Of a stretch of 64,000 bases of DNA, positions 24,900 through 38,118 are shown piece after piece; position 1 is the first letter of the stretch, and every line of letters starts with the position of its first letter. The notes below the pieces were generated by a model. That model was not told the DNA's origin. It did no database searches and saw only the letters and a program-made list of their open reading frames with translations. Location of the stretch: NCBI RefSeq assembly GCF_021869535.1, contig NW_026262626.1, positions 24,304,001 to 24,368,000 of the forward strand. Direction: 5' to 3'. A program made the position numbers and the translations under genes. Source of the DNA: Mytilus californianus. Lineage: Eukaryota.

Positions 24900-25810
24900 G
24901 TGTACCTTATAAAAAAAGTTAAATCACAAAAATACTGAACTCCGAGGAAAATTCAAAACGGAAAGTCCCTAATCAAATGGCAAAATCAAAAGATAAAACA
25001 CATCAAACGAATGGACAACAACTGTCATATTCCTGACTTGGTACAGTCATTTTCTTATGTAGAAAATGGTTGATTGAACCTGGTTTTAAAGCGCTAAACC
25101 TCTCACTTGTATGACAGTCGCATCAAATTTCATTATATTGACAACGATGTGTGAACAAAACAAACACAATAGGTAAAAATGTCACAAATTGGGATACAAC
25201 AGCAACACGAATCCCACTAAAACACTGGGGGTGATCTCAGGTGCTCCGGAAGGGTAAGCAGATCTTGCTCTACATGTTGCACCCGTCGTGTTGCTCATGT
25301 TAATACAAAGCCGGTAAATAATCTAATTCGGTAGGTCACATTCGTGAAAAGGGAACGGAATTGTATTTACGACATAAGGAACATATCTGATATCATCTGT
25401 GAAACGGATATTCCATAATGGTCAACCAATTCGTGATGGCGTCCGTAAAATTTACGAAGTGATGATTTCAAAGGTCACAAATGGGAAGCTGAAATAATCT
25501 CTTTTGTCGTAAAGTTTTATTTTTAACCTACCCTCATTGTCAATTTTCAGATGTAAGTAAAGATATAATTAGTTATCAAAGATACCAGGATATAAGGCAG
25601 ACTTAACTGTATCTGTTGTATCCTTTATCTCTTCAAAACGGAAGTCCTTAATCGAATGAAAAAATCAAAAGCTCAAACACATCAAACGAATGGATAACAA
25701 TTGTCATATTCCTGACTTGGTACAGACATTTTCTTATGTAGAAAATGGTGGATTGAACCTGGTTTTATAGCGCTAAACCTCTTACTTGTATGACAGTCGC
25801 ATCAATTTGA
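24900..25810 (-). mobile_element. Composite: family D / Penelope-like family B fragment / second family D segment
   Basis: ~170-bp direct repeat (24960-25130 and 25640-25805) flanks family-B and RT sequence at 25195-25633. Confidence 0.6.
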
Positions 25811-27239
25811 TGGTGTTTCCCCTTTCACTTGTACTGTGTTGTGGTCAAATGACAGATGTCATGGTTTTGGTCATTGCATACGGAAATACTGTCGGTCAAT
25901 AAAACGTTAAGGCAATACTTGAAACGCATTATATTTTTTTTAAACATCACTTCACGGACAAAACAATTATGAACGTTGAGTAACTGGTTGGTGTATTTAA
26001 TCTCAATCATAGAAAAAAAACAACATTATGACGAAGTGTAGTTATGTTTAATTAAGTATGAATTCGATCACACCCCTGATTTGAACTTGAAATCCGTATG
26101 TAAAAACTCAGCACAGACACCAGGCTCATTATGTTCTGCGTGATATGTCTAATCAAGATTCAGGAGCTTGTTTTTTTTCTCGGAAAATACCAAAAGGATG
26201 ATCAAATTTATTATTCGAAGACAAATTGACAACGCAATTCGAAGAAACGAGAAAAAAAAATCAAAAGGAAAATAATAATTTTACAAAAACCAACATAGAA
26301 AACTAAAGACTGAACAAACGAACCACACTAAAATCAGATGCTCCAGATAGGTTAAAATATTTCTCAATGAATTGGCAAATTGCCCGCATAAATAGTCTCT
26401 TTATTCATTGTTAAACAAAAGAACTGTTTGACATGCATTTTACAAATCTCAATTTGTTTATTCAACTTATTCTATGGCGTTATTAATTTTTAGAATACAT
26501 CTTAAAGTAATTTCTCCGTCAAAACGTTTGATATTAAAAACCGCTCTTCTAATTTCTATTCAAATGGTTTATAAACTTTTTTATATCTTTTCAAACTTAT
26601 TCATTGATTTGTATATAAAACTTTCCATTGAACTTCATCATATAAAACGGTAAATATAACTAATTATGAATATTGATTTCTAGTGACGCAATTCAATTCA
26701 TGCATTTGCAATGTTAAAAACATCCTTTTACAAAGGTTTATTTGTGTTTTTCGTATGTGTTCTACATAAGAAAATCCCTGTACCAAGTCAGGAATGTGAC
26801 AGATATTTACCATTCGTATAGTATGTTTGAGCTTTTGATTTAGAAATGTCGTAAAAGACTTTTCGTTGCGGTTTTCCTTAGAGTTTCGGTATTTATGTAA
26901 GTTTACGTTAAACATGTATACATTTATTTTGGTATGTTTTGTAATCGCGGAATGAAATGATGATTCTTGTCGCACAAGTACGGTACCTCGGATTGTTGAC
27001 TTTTGAAATCAACTTATTGCACAGTACGGTCTTGATATCTATGTAAAATTTCCGGTTTATTAGATAAGTACGTGTTTTCAAACTAATATTGCCACGAACG
27101 AATGGTTTGAAACATTGGTAAACTAATGTCACCTTAATTTTGTATTCTTCCATATGTTTTTCTCGAGTGTGATTAGTTGGAACTAAGTGCGCTGTTTGCA
27201 ATGCTTTATGTTTATAAATTATTATTCTTTCTTATAACA

Positions 27240-28200
27240 AATTTTAAGAAAGCTGGAATCAATATTATAAGAAAGTTGGAATGAATATTATAAAAAAATT
27301 GGTATCAATATTATAAGAAAGTTGGAATGAATATTATAAAAAAATTGGTATCAATATTATAAGAAAGTTGGTATCAGTAGTAGTCCTTTGTTAATTTAGG
27401 TATCATTGTCATTTTGCTTTGTTTCTTTTGTAACCTATTCTGACATTGGACTCGGACTTCTTTTAAACTGATTTATACTCTGTGTATACCGTGTGTTTCT
27501 TTATTCTACATTGGTTAGAGGTATAGGTGGAGGTTTGAGACCTCACAAAACATGTTTAACCCCGCCGCATTTTTGCGCCTGTCCCACGTCAGGAACCTCT
27601 GGCCTTTGTTAGTCTTGTTTGTTTTTTAATTTTAGTTCATTTATGTTGTGGAGTTAAGTATGACGTCCATTTTCACTGAACTAGTACACGTTTTTATTTA
27701 GGGTCCAGCTGAGGCCCAACTCCGGGCGCGGGATTTTCGCGCTGCATTGAAGACCCATTGGTGGCTTTCTGCTGTTTTCTGCTCTTTGGTCGGGTTGTTG
27801 TCTCTTTGACATAATCCCCATTTCCATTCTCAATTTTATTATCAATATTTTATTAAAGTTAGTATCAATATTATAACAAAGTTGGTATTAATATCATAAA
27901 AAAATTGGTATGAATATTATATTAAAGTTAGTATTAATATTATAAAAAAGTTGGTATCGTTATTATATAAAAGTTGGTATCATTATTTAATGAAAGTTGG
28001 TATTAATATTATACGAAAGTTGGTACCATTATTTAATGAAAGTTGGTATCAATATTACATGAAAGTTGGAATCAATAGTATAAGAACGTTAGGACCAACA
28101 TTAAATTAAAGTTTGTACCAATATTATAAAAAAGTTGGTACCACAATTATATGAAAGTTGGTTTCAATATTTTAAGAAAGTTGGTATCAATATTACTTAT
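27240..28200. repeat. ~21-22-bp minisatellite (AAAGTTGGTATCAATATTAT..) interrupted by a family-A copy at ~27380-27838
   Basis: Tandem units visible on both sides of the insertion. Confidence 0.8.
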
Positions 28201-30129
28201 GTTCCAGTAAATTGTGCTGTGAGTTAAAAAAATGAATTATTTCTTACCACCATTATTCTGTAAATATTCTATATATTCATATCCAAACGGTTTATTACAA
28301 GTAACCTGATATGCTTAACATAATCAATATAATTTGTACAGTCTCCATACCGATATAAATACAAGTTACTTTATATTGAGTTTTGTTGTTGACTTAAACC
28401 TATTCAACCATTACATGAGATACTTATAAATATATTATAATCAGTATTTCTTTACGTTCTTTGTATATTTATTCTATTCATAAATATGTAGTCTTATTAA
28501 ATGAACGTAAAAGTATGGACCATTACATGCAACAAATAATAATAAAATGCGGTCTTTTCTGCTTTCTGCTTTGATGTTAATGATCGATCACCACTTTTAC
28601 AACTGACACTATCTAATATCATGACCATTTAGGATATTTATTTGAAACTATCTTATTATTAACCCTGGTTGATTTGTCTGCCAGAGTTGTTTTTATTATT
28701 GACATATAACCAACACATCATCTAATTACAGGATGGAGAAAAAAGTCGAAACTGAAGCGTCACTAAATGTTCCTTCAAACAGAAGGTTTAATGAGGAGTT
28801 TGTTTTATATTTTTTCTATTTTCAATGGACGGTATATATAGATATCCTTTAAAATCAAATCTGCCGCCAAAAAAAAAAACCCCAATTAAACAGACAAAAC
28901 CAAAAACAAAGACCTAAAGCCGAAAATTAATCAAAAATATCAAAATAATAAATAGTAATAATCAGCTCGTTTATCCACTATGATCCCTTGAATCCGACCT
29001 AGTCTTCTTAAAACTTTGTTTGCTTTTTATAACAAAATATCAACAAATTCAAAACACACCAAGAGGATTACAGTTTACAGAACACGGGTTCAAATTATTA
29101 AATTAACAATAGACCTATTTATATCGGTTACGAAAATTCAAATCCTTCGTTATGAACGCTTTTGTATTGCCAAGTTTAACTAGATACTTATTTATAATCA
29201 TTGATAAACTCGAGGGTTTTTTAAATTAACGGAAGGTTTTTTTTTCTTCAAGTTTACTGGTTCTTTGAAGGGTTTAGTTTCTTGATTGTTTCATCCAGGT
29301 TAAGGGTTTTTATGCTTTCCACGATGCAATACATACGATATTCAATTGTACTTTTTAAAATGCTTATAACATAGTTATAGTTATAATACATGGTAAAAAT
29401 CAAACTACAAAAAGCCAAGAGGGCATATGTAAGACAGAGGGCCGTATACCTTAAGGCGGATATAGATCATTGAAAGGCATACATGTATTCATGTATAGGT
29501 TATTTAATTATATCGGGAGTGCAATAGTTGGGATAAAGAAAGACTCATCATAGATAGCACGATTAAAATTTTGTATAGCAGACGCGTGTGTCGTCTACGG
29601 AAGACTCATCAGTGATTCTCCAATTAAAAAATTAAAAAAGGCGAAATAGAGTACGAAGTTGAACAGCAAGTGTAAGTTGAAGAACGTAAATATGTTTCAT
29701 TGTAGCATCTATATGATATAGTAAATAGGGGAAATTAGGAATTACACGTAATTACCAAAATTTAGGAATTACATGTAATTCCTGATGCACATAGTTATAA
29801 CAAGTAATTCCAAAATCTGCCCAGTAATTACCAGAAATAACTATTTTTTAAATGAACTTTTACACCTATTTACTAAAAAGTAAAATACCAAAAATGCCTA
29901 ACTCCAAGGAAAATTCAAAAGCTTAAACACATCAAACAAACTGTTAAAACAATGTTGTAAAATATTAAACTGATCATCCTAAAATAAACCTTTGTAACAC
30001 GTTATAAATTTCATGCGACCGAAGCGCTTTTCTGGATTTACCTTCACCAGGAACCCTCAACTGTCTTAGAAACATTTGTTGAAAATGGCAAATAAAAAAA
30101 TTTTGAATTGTACAATGAAAACGGGATAG

Positions 30130-30740
30130 AGTCTTAATGCCAAAGAGAAGCTGGAAAATATAATCAGCCGATGGAACATTTTGGTTGAAAATGAAACAAC
30201 AAAACAGACAATTACAGAGGATTACAAGCAGACCTCTCATTGGTTGAGATATTGATACCACAAGCTCAAAGTACTCCGAAGAAGATCACGCTCCATATGA
30301 GGTGCATAGCTTTCAATTTGAATGCAACAAATGTTCTGCGTATTTTCAGAAGATTCAACAGTACAGGTCTGTTACGACATTTGTATCCGTACAGAATGTA
30401 TTCAACGGGAACATTATGCAAGTGGCCCAAAGCAACCAAATTTTGCAATCTGTCGGAGATAAAATTACTATTCCCGTTCCTAGTGTCGATAGAGGATAAA
30501 ACTGCGGATTCAAGAAATCTTTTGTGTCTAGTTATGGAACATGATCAAACAAATGACCAATTCAAACTCTGCTCAAAAGATGGAATTTCAAATAGATCTT
30601 TCTGTAGGAATTTATTTACTTTCTCAGCAATCATTCCGGGCTTTGCAAGATGTAAATACCCAGATCATGTTAGTGAAGCAGCGTGCCAGGCAGCCCAAAG
30701 TTAGTGGAAGAAGGGCAGGGATTCGTGAATAAAGAGCATG
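30130..30740 (+). mobile_element. Decayed KRBA2/SCAND3-like (Ginger-type) integrase C-terminal fragment
   Basis: Two frames join as ...CNKC...QSVGDKITIPVPSVDRG / ..DSRNLLCLVMEH....FKLCSKDGISNRSFCRNLF. This matches my recollection of the VGD.V.VP.P.VDRG..DPRN.LGV....G.L...F.RNQF motif of that family. Confidence 0.6.
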
Positions 30741-30904
30741 TAGTCTGGAAGGATCGTCAATTCTTTAATCCTAAAGTAATCTCAATCTAATTTAATTGTG
30801 TTTTCCTTCAGTTTCATTAAAAATGTGAAAAAAATCGTCAATTTTGATTTAATAGTGGCAATATTCGTATAAAAGCCAATGCAGCAATCAATTCTCCTAG
30901 TTCC

Positions 30905-31310
30905 TGCATCGGACTCGGACTTCTTTTAAACTGAGTTTTACTGTGCGTATTGCTTTGCATTTCTTTATTCTACATTGGCTAAAGATATAGGGAGAGGGTT
31001 GAGATCTCACAAAACATGTTTAACCCCCCTGCATTTTTGCGCCTGTCCGAAGTCAGGAGCCTCTGGCCTTTGTTAGTCTTGTATGTTTTTAAATTTTAGT
31101 TCATTTTTATGTTTTGGAGTTAAGGGTGACGTTCATTTTCACTGAACTAGTACACAATTTTATTTAGGGGCCAGCTGAGGCCCAACTCCGGTTGCGGGAT
31201 TTTCTCGCTGCGTTGAAGACCCAATGATGGCCTTCGGCTGTTGTGTGCTCTTTGGTCGAGTTGTTGTCTCTTTGACATATTCCCCATTTCCATTCTCAAT
31301 TTTATTAAAT
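30905..31310 (+). repeat. Family A copy (5'-truncated)
   Basis: CATCGGACTCGGACTTC...TTTTTGCGCCTGTCCGAAGTCAGGAGCC...CCATTTCCATTCTCAATTTTA as at 5515-5910. Confidence 0.75.
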
Positions 31311-31802
31311 CGATGCATACAAATCTTCAAACACCACACTGTTATCCCCTAAGAAGTCAGTGCTTTAGCTTCGGTCATGCTCTATTCTGTAAACGCTGTC
31401 TTCGAAACAAAATCTAATTGCAGCCGTTTACGTCAAAATGAGACACAATTGTTGAAGAAAGTGAACTTGTTTATAAGTTTTTGACGTATATTCTACATTT
31501 CCTTTTATTAACAGTTTTTTTTTTTATATTTGAAAAAAAAAATTATAATTTTTACCATGTAATTTATTTGTTATTATTCACCTGTCCGTATATCAAGTTC
31601 TACCTACATTTTGGAACCTGAGTATCTTTGAAAAAGTATTAAATCAGAAAATATTGATGCGACAATATTACCTTGCTCAATATCACCTAAATCAATATCA
31701 TTAAATTTATTTCACTTTGATTCGTATTAAACCATTACAAAAATGTTAAAATATAAATTGCTTCATTAATTTTTAGTGTTTATTGTCATTTTCAGCATTC
31801 TT

Positions 31803-31970
31803 GACTATATTGTCGTTACCAGTTTTCGTTTGTGGAGGTATCCGGAGAATATGGATCAATCGGTCAGAAACCTGACATTCTTGGTCGGGGTTTAAACTCA
31901 CAACATTGGTGTTGACAGCCTATGTATCACTGTGAATAAATCACTAAGACCACCACGTCGGAGAGATCCT
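31803..31970 (-). mobile_element. Degenerate tRNA-derived SINE
   Basis: Reverse complement has GGTGGTCTTAGTG (A-box-like), GAGTTTAAACCC (B-box-like) and TCTCCGGATACCTCCAC, resembling the SINE at 13825-14041. Confidence 0.45.
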
Positions 31971-33007
31971 GGTCTAAAGCAAAACCCCAAATTGACAAAC
32001 AATAGAACACTATCAAATCGTTTTAAATGAAAGCTTTAGAAACTAGGTCTCAACTGAAGTATGTAGGGGTTGATTAATTGGGGTTGAAATCAAAAGCATC
32101 GGAAGGGTAAACAGTTTTTTTTTTGCATGCGGCGGAATGTGAAATGTGATATCAAATCAGACAATGCGTCGTATCTGAAGTCATGAAAATGAAAAAAAGT
32201 AGACATTGTATACAATCCTCAAATGCACCCTTCACCGGTTTTTATTGCTTTTTTTTCTCTCACCCATATGAATCATACACGATTTGCACCATTAAAAGTA
32301 TACACAATGAAATCCGTTTCAGTGAATTGCAAATTTCAATACATCTTGTATTAAGCAATTTCGTACCAGAAGAACGAGATTACGTCTCATTCGTTTCTTG
32401 AAACTATTTCATCATTAGTACACATAAATATTTATATTTCGAAGAAAAAACTAACCATTTCTTTATAAACTCATGCAGGCTGAATTTACATATACTTTCA
32501 TCTAGGAGGGGAAGGTTGGTAAAATACTGAATTTAATTACCTTTCCAAAGACAGCTCGTTGCCTTATTTGTTCTTTTTCTTAAAACAAATTTTTGTCTGT
32601 CTTGTTATAAGTATTTTTTTTTAACGAAATTCAACTTTTATACTGATTTTTACATGTACTCTGTGTAGTCTAAATGTCCTCGTAAATGTCATGTGACAAA
32701 TCAGAACCTTTTTAAAATTATTCCATTGCTGTAGTTCTCTGGTAGCTAAAATTTTATCATAATTATATGTTTTGCATATGGTCCTTGTTGCAAACCTTCT
32801 TTTCACTATAATAGAACTTTTTAAATTTAATATATTATTTAAGCGCAGTATCTTCATCTATCCGTTTTGAAATTTCTAAAATGTTAACAAACACGTAACG
32901 AAAGTATACCGATACAGATTTATATTAGCAATGCGGTAACGGTGTGTCAAGTGAAGTTTCTGTAGTTATCCTTTGCAGGACTTGTTTGTCAAAAAAAAAT
33001 TTGAAAG

Positions 33008-33720
33008 TTAAAAAAAATAATAGACGAAAGTTACCAGAGGGACATTCAAACTTATAAGTAGAAAATAAACTGATAACGCCATGGCTAAAAAAGAAAAATA
33101 CCAACCGACAAACAAAAGTACAAAAAACACAACATCGGAAACTAAATCCTGAGCAACACCAACCCCAACAAAAACTGGGGTTGATCTCAGGTGATCCAGA
33201 AGGGTAAGCAGATCCTGTTCAATATATGGCACCCGTAGTGTTGCTTATGTTAGCACACACCTGGTAACAAGTCTAATTCGTAAGGTCATACTCGTGAATA
33301 ACGAAGACGGGATTGTAGTTAATACACTATAATTCATATCCGTTATCATCTATGAAACGGATATACAATAATAATGGGCAACCAAATCGTGATGGCGTCC
33401 GTAAAATTTACGAAGGGATGATTGCAACGTCATCATTTGGAACTCTTAGTTTATTAGCTTTCTTGTGAGCAGTAATTCTCTGTCAAGGAAATTATGATAG
33501 AAAATACAAGCCCTTGAATTTCGTATCAATTGAGAGATATAAACTCCGTATGCATAGAAAAGAAAAAGTTCAAAATTGGGAAGCAGAAATAATCTCTTTT
33601 ATTGTAAAGTTTTGTGTTCAACCGATCCTCATCACCAATTTCTAGATGTAAGTCAAGATTTAAGGCAGACTTAACTGTTTCTGTTTCATCCTTTATTTCA
33701 TGTTTGATGGGATAGATGCG
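33008..33720 (-). mobile_element. Penelope-like element fragment (RT end plus family-B 3' region)
   Basis: Reverse complement matches 16480-16541 and 17846-18575 (YPIKHEIK..SASYLDLHLEI...YDKRD); internally deleted. Confidence 0.75.
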
Positions 33721-34966
33721 TTCAACATAGTCAATTAATTTTGAATAATTTAGTGAACATCATCTATATAGCGTAAAGTAAAGTAAAAGAATACTGCTTA
33801 TTTCTTTTCTTTCTTCCTTAGAAGTCCCTGTATGAAGTCAGCCTTATAAGAACAAACGAACAAATATTACTAAAGTACATCTGTATGGGAAGATTAATAT
33901 CACAGAAGTAACCTCAAATAGCCTATATGAACAACAATTTGATCTAGATCTTTTGTGGAGGGTTGTCTCATAGGCAATCTTACCAAACATTTTTTATATT
34001 CATACATGAAGTTGAATTCTTTTTTATAATAAATCTTATCTTTGATGTTTAGTTTTATTCAATTAAAACATGTACATCTGGTTAACGCCAGCTTCACGTG
34101 TAAAGACGTTAAAGGTAAGAAAAATTACTAATTACCGAATATTTGTCAAAATGTAAAGTTGTTCTTAGATTGATTTGAATTATTGTTTTTGCTTGCCCCT
34201 CTCTTGTAAGGCAAATTATTGGAGTATTTACTATATTTATAATATCATGAACCTGACGTGCTTCTTTTCCTTTGAAAATAACAGCATGATAACATGCTGG
34301 ATATATCTATATTTAGCAAAAACCCTCAGAGGTGAACATATAAATGGCTGTTACAATTTACATCCTATGTAAATCCACATGTATCGTAACCTTTATGCAA
34401 ACACGTGTTTTGAAATTTAAAAATCAATAACAGAACAATAGTATTTTAACTTATGTTTAGATTTACTGTTTCATGACTTCACAAATTCAATAGATGGTCT
34501 TCTAAATATCAATGAATAAGTATTCACATTAAGATTGGACAAGAAGTATAAAAATTGTAAACGTAAGTATTTAAAACTCCGCTAGTAGAATGGTGGTCAT
34601 GATAACGTGTACCTTTTACACAAAAGTACATTATACCTATTTATAAGTTGACGATAATAAAGATGTATATGTAATATGATTTGGCCCTTTTTAGAAAGAA
34701 ACGACAATAAAGGAACCTTATCCAGATACGAAAATAAAAACAATACATTGTTTATTGCTTTATCTGACTCACTCGCGACTACGATACACATATGAAAAGA
34801 TGCATAGGAATTCGAATTATATGTGCTGGTTTGTTTTAAATACTCCTCATGTGGTTTTGTGTCGGCATTGTTGATCCTAAAATGTATAGCATTTTTTCAA
34901 TATATAAGTAAACGTCTTAGATACACCCATGATGGTGTTATATCGATTAGGTATCATTAGTTACAT

Positions 34967-35092
34967 AGTGTGCTAGTGACCTAATACAATATAAATGGGG
35001 TCAGTAAATTCCATATGGGATGAGAGCGAAGCTTAAATCCCCATATGGAATTTACTGACCCCATATATATCGTATTAGGTTACTAGCACACT
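34967..35092. repeat. Near-perfect ~126-bp palindrome (hairpin MITE)
   Basis: AGTGTGCTAGTGACCTAATAC..ATGGGGTCAGTAAATTCCATATGGGA-loop-TCCCCATATGGAATTTACTGACCCCAT..GTATTAGGTTACTAGCACACT. Confidence 0.8.
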
Positions 35093-35149
35093 GTATAATG
35101 AATTTATATTACCGACTATCTTAACATGTGGCATTTAGACTAATTGCCT

Positions 35150-35760
35150 ATAAAAGAGGGACGAAAGATACCAAAGGGACAGTCAAACTCATAGATCGAA
35201 AACAAACGCCATGGCCAAAAATAAAAAGACAAACAGACAAATAATAGTTTGTCTTTCTATGTTGTGATGTTACACTATTGTTTCAGAAAAAGGGTAAAGG
35301 TTTGGTACCATTAATACGTTTAAACCCGCTGCATTTGTTTGCACCTGTCCTAAGTCAGGAATCTGATGTTCAGTAGTTGTCGTTTGTTGATGTGGTTCAT
35401 AAGTGTTTCTCGTTTCTCGTTTTTTATATAGATTAGACCGTTGGTTTTCCTGTTTGAATGGTTTTACACTAGTAATTTTTGGGGGCCCTTTATAGCTTAC
35501 TGTTCGGTGTGAGCCAAGGCTCCGTGTTGAAGACCGTACTGTGACCTATAATGGTTTACCTTTATAACTTTTGACCTGGATGGAGAGTTGTCTCATTGGC
35601 ACTCATACCACATCTTCTTATATCTAAATAATAGTACAGATGACACAACATAGAAAACTAAAGACTAAGCAACACGACTACTACCAAAACTGGGGGTGAT
35701 CTCAGGTGCTCCGGAAGGGTAAGCAGATCCTGCTTCACATGTGGCACCCGTCGTGTTATA
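35150..35760. mobile_element. Family B 3' end (-) interrupted by family C (+, 35249-35625)
   Basis: Family-B sequence resumes after the insert; AAATAATAGT is duplicated at 35239-35248 and 35626-35635. Confidence 0.75.
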
Positions 35761-36689
35761 AAAGTTATAAAAGTGATCAAGACTTCAATACCGTTTGTAT
35801 TAGGAACCTATTTCCATTGGTCTAAACAAAAACAAATACCAACAAAAACAGCTTGTTAACTTTAAATTTGTTTTATGAATTTATTTCAATCGTTCATTAT
35901 CAATTTCATCGTCTGTTGAAACCTTTCAGATTTTCCCTCAACACCATGTTGTTTGGATAAAGGGACATAACACCACTACTAACCATGTATTGAAATAAGC
36001 CCCGCCTACTAACCTAATATGGAATATACACGGTATCCACGAGGTTGCTTTTAACCAATCATATTCCTAGAAATGTTTAAGAGGTAAGATAAATCTAATA
36101 TAAACTAATATATTATGTTAAATGCATCATTATTATCTTACTTCATATCCTCCTATAGGAGATTGGCATAAGAAAAAAAGTATATGGTATGTACAATTAC
36201 AAAGATTTGAAGTCACATAATTAGAATTGTCACTTAATATTTTGGATGGTAAAGTATTTAAAGTCTACAATATTTTAGAAAAAAGATCCCTCGTTAAGGA
36301 CTTCCAAACGATGCTCTGGTGTTTAAAAAAATTGTCACATAGATCTTCCTGATTGACAAGCAAAAGTTATAAAAAAACTCTCGTCCGATTTTAAAGACAC
36401 GAAATCATCACTAGTCAATTCTGTTAATCAGTTATATAGAAAAAGTCTCTGTGTTTGAAGTTCTGTGCACAGACGTATTTGGTGGTTCGGTGTGTTTTGA
36501 ACAAAGTGGCCACACAATTTGCCATTTCTGCTATTCGGGGGAGTAGTCCAGAGTTTAGCTACATGTTTCTCAGTTCAAAGTCTGCCAGTATTTTTTGCAT
36601 ATTTCAACAGGAAATCATAATGATTGTTCTCAAACAATCTTAGATTTTGACAAAATTGTTGTTCCTTCGCATTTGCTCTCTCTTTTGAA

Positions 36690-37410
36690 GTTTCTCATTT
36701 AGGTTAATATCACTATTGGCAATGTTTTCCCATTAAAACTTGGCCGGAATTCCTTGATAATCATAGGTCTGTTCTATGTTCCTTTGGAATTTTAACCAAA
36801 GATGCAGAACTGGATCTTTCATTACTGTATTGGATACATAAACTTCAAAAGTGTCCCTATAAACAACAGTATATTGCTGGGTTAACCAAGTGCTCCATGA
36901 AACCTCTTTTTAAATTATCCACATCAATTTTATCACCAATCAAAGCCAGTCTTCAATGTTACTGTGAAACTACATATTCTAGCTAAAGAGGTGGCGTGAA
37001 TCAGATGTGGATTAAATTTCCAAAGATCTTTTAGAGTATATACAATCTAAGACTCTTCCCTTTTGCAATAGTATTAAAAAATGACTCTTCAATACCTTAC
37101 ATAAGTATTCCTCATTCCAGACTGAAAGACAAATTGAAAGAGTTTGTCCTCCTTTGCTTCATAACAAAAATAACAAACGTTTCTTGTCTTAGGGAGTGAA
37201 GAAAGAAAGAAAGTCAGCAGTATCCTTATATTTTACTTTCCGCTATAAATATGATATTCTGTCACTCAATAATTTAGAATTTGATAACTATGTTGAACAC
37301 ATCTATCCCATCAAAAATGATTTTTCTTTTTTAGCAATGGCATTGTCAGTTTTTTTTTATGACTTATGAGTTTGAGCGTCCATCTACTATCTTTCTTCTC
37401 TCTTTTATGA
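36690..37410 (+). mobile_element. Internally deleted Penelope-like RT copy
   Basis: Degenerate LYWIHKLQKCPYKQQYIAG..KCSMKPL..LSTSILSPIK..LQCYCETTYS..GGVNQMWI, then FRY.YDILSLNN..YPI and the family-B 3' end. Confidence 0.75.
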
Positions 37411-37454
37411 TAATTTAGGAGGCTTCTTCAGCAAGTTGGTCTTAGTTTATTGCT

Positions 37455-38118
37455 AAAGGGACACTAGTTGTCAAATTCATGTTCACCGAATTGACTCAAA
37501 TTCTCATATTTGACTTATAACATACTCAAACGAATATCCAAATAAAAAAAAATATAACATAAACAATTTACGATGCATCAACTCAAAATTATGTATCAGC
37601 ATTTTGTGTGTAGTCTAGACGCCATCTAATTAACCATCCAGGTGATCTTCCATTGACTACCGATGGTTATATGACCCGTTGTAAATATCAACATAGATAT
37701 AAATAGATAGCGAAATCGTGCAAATGAGTATTTCTAGTTCTGTTTGATTTCATATTATTGGTTAAAACAATATGATAGAAATCGTTTTTACCGGTTTAAG
37801 AATGAGTTATTGTAGATCAAGTCAGTCAATCAAATGGTTTATTCTTGTATCACTTTCAATAATGACATTCATTTTCCTGTAACTAGCTGAACACGCTATG
37901 TTCATAGGCAACCCATCTCTTGCTTAGAGGTTTAATTGAAGTTCACATGTTACGAATTTAATGAGGTCGAATTATTCACTTCCAAGTGAATGATTCATAA
38001 GCGATTTTTCTTTGCTTATTTTTTTAAAACTGAACCAAAACAACTGCTAAAAACGAATTTTTATGTCACTTTTTCACTCTCATTAATGATCGATATCTCT
38101 TTGCTAGTGTTCCTTTAG
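37455..38118. mobile_element. Decayed inverted copy of the TTAA MITE at 1924-2622
   Basis: TTCATGTTCACCGAATTGACTCAAATTCTCATATTTG is the reverse complement of 2560-2600; termini AAGGGACACTAG...CTAGTGTTCCTT. Confidence 0.7.

Noticed and set aside
28248-28305. Clean AG/GT-bounded segment on the minus strand (VTCNKPFGYEYIEYLQNNG)
   Set aside because: Joining it to the TM exon meets the in-frame TAG at 23413; at best a 5' UTR exon, with no homology support.
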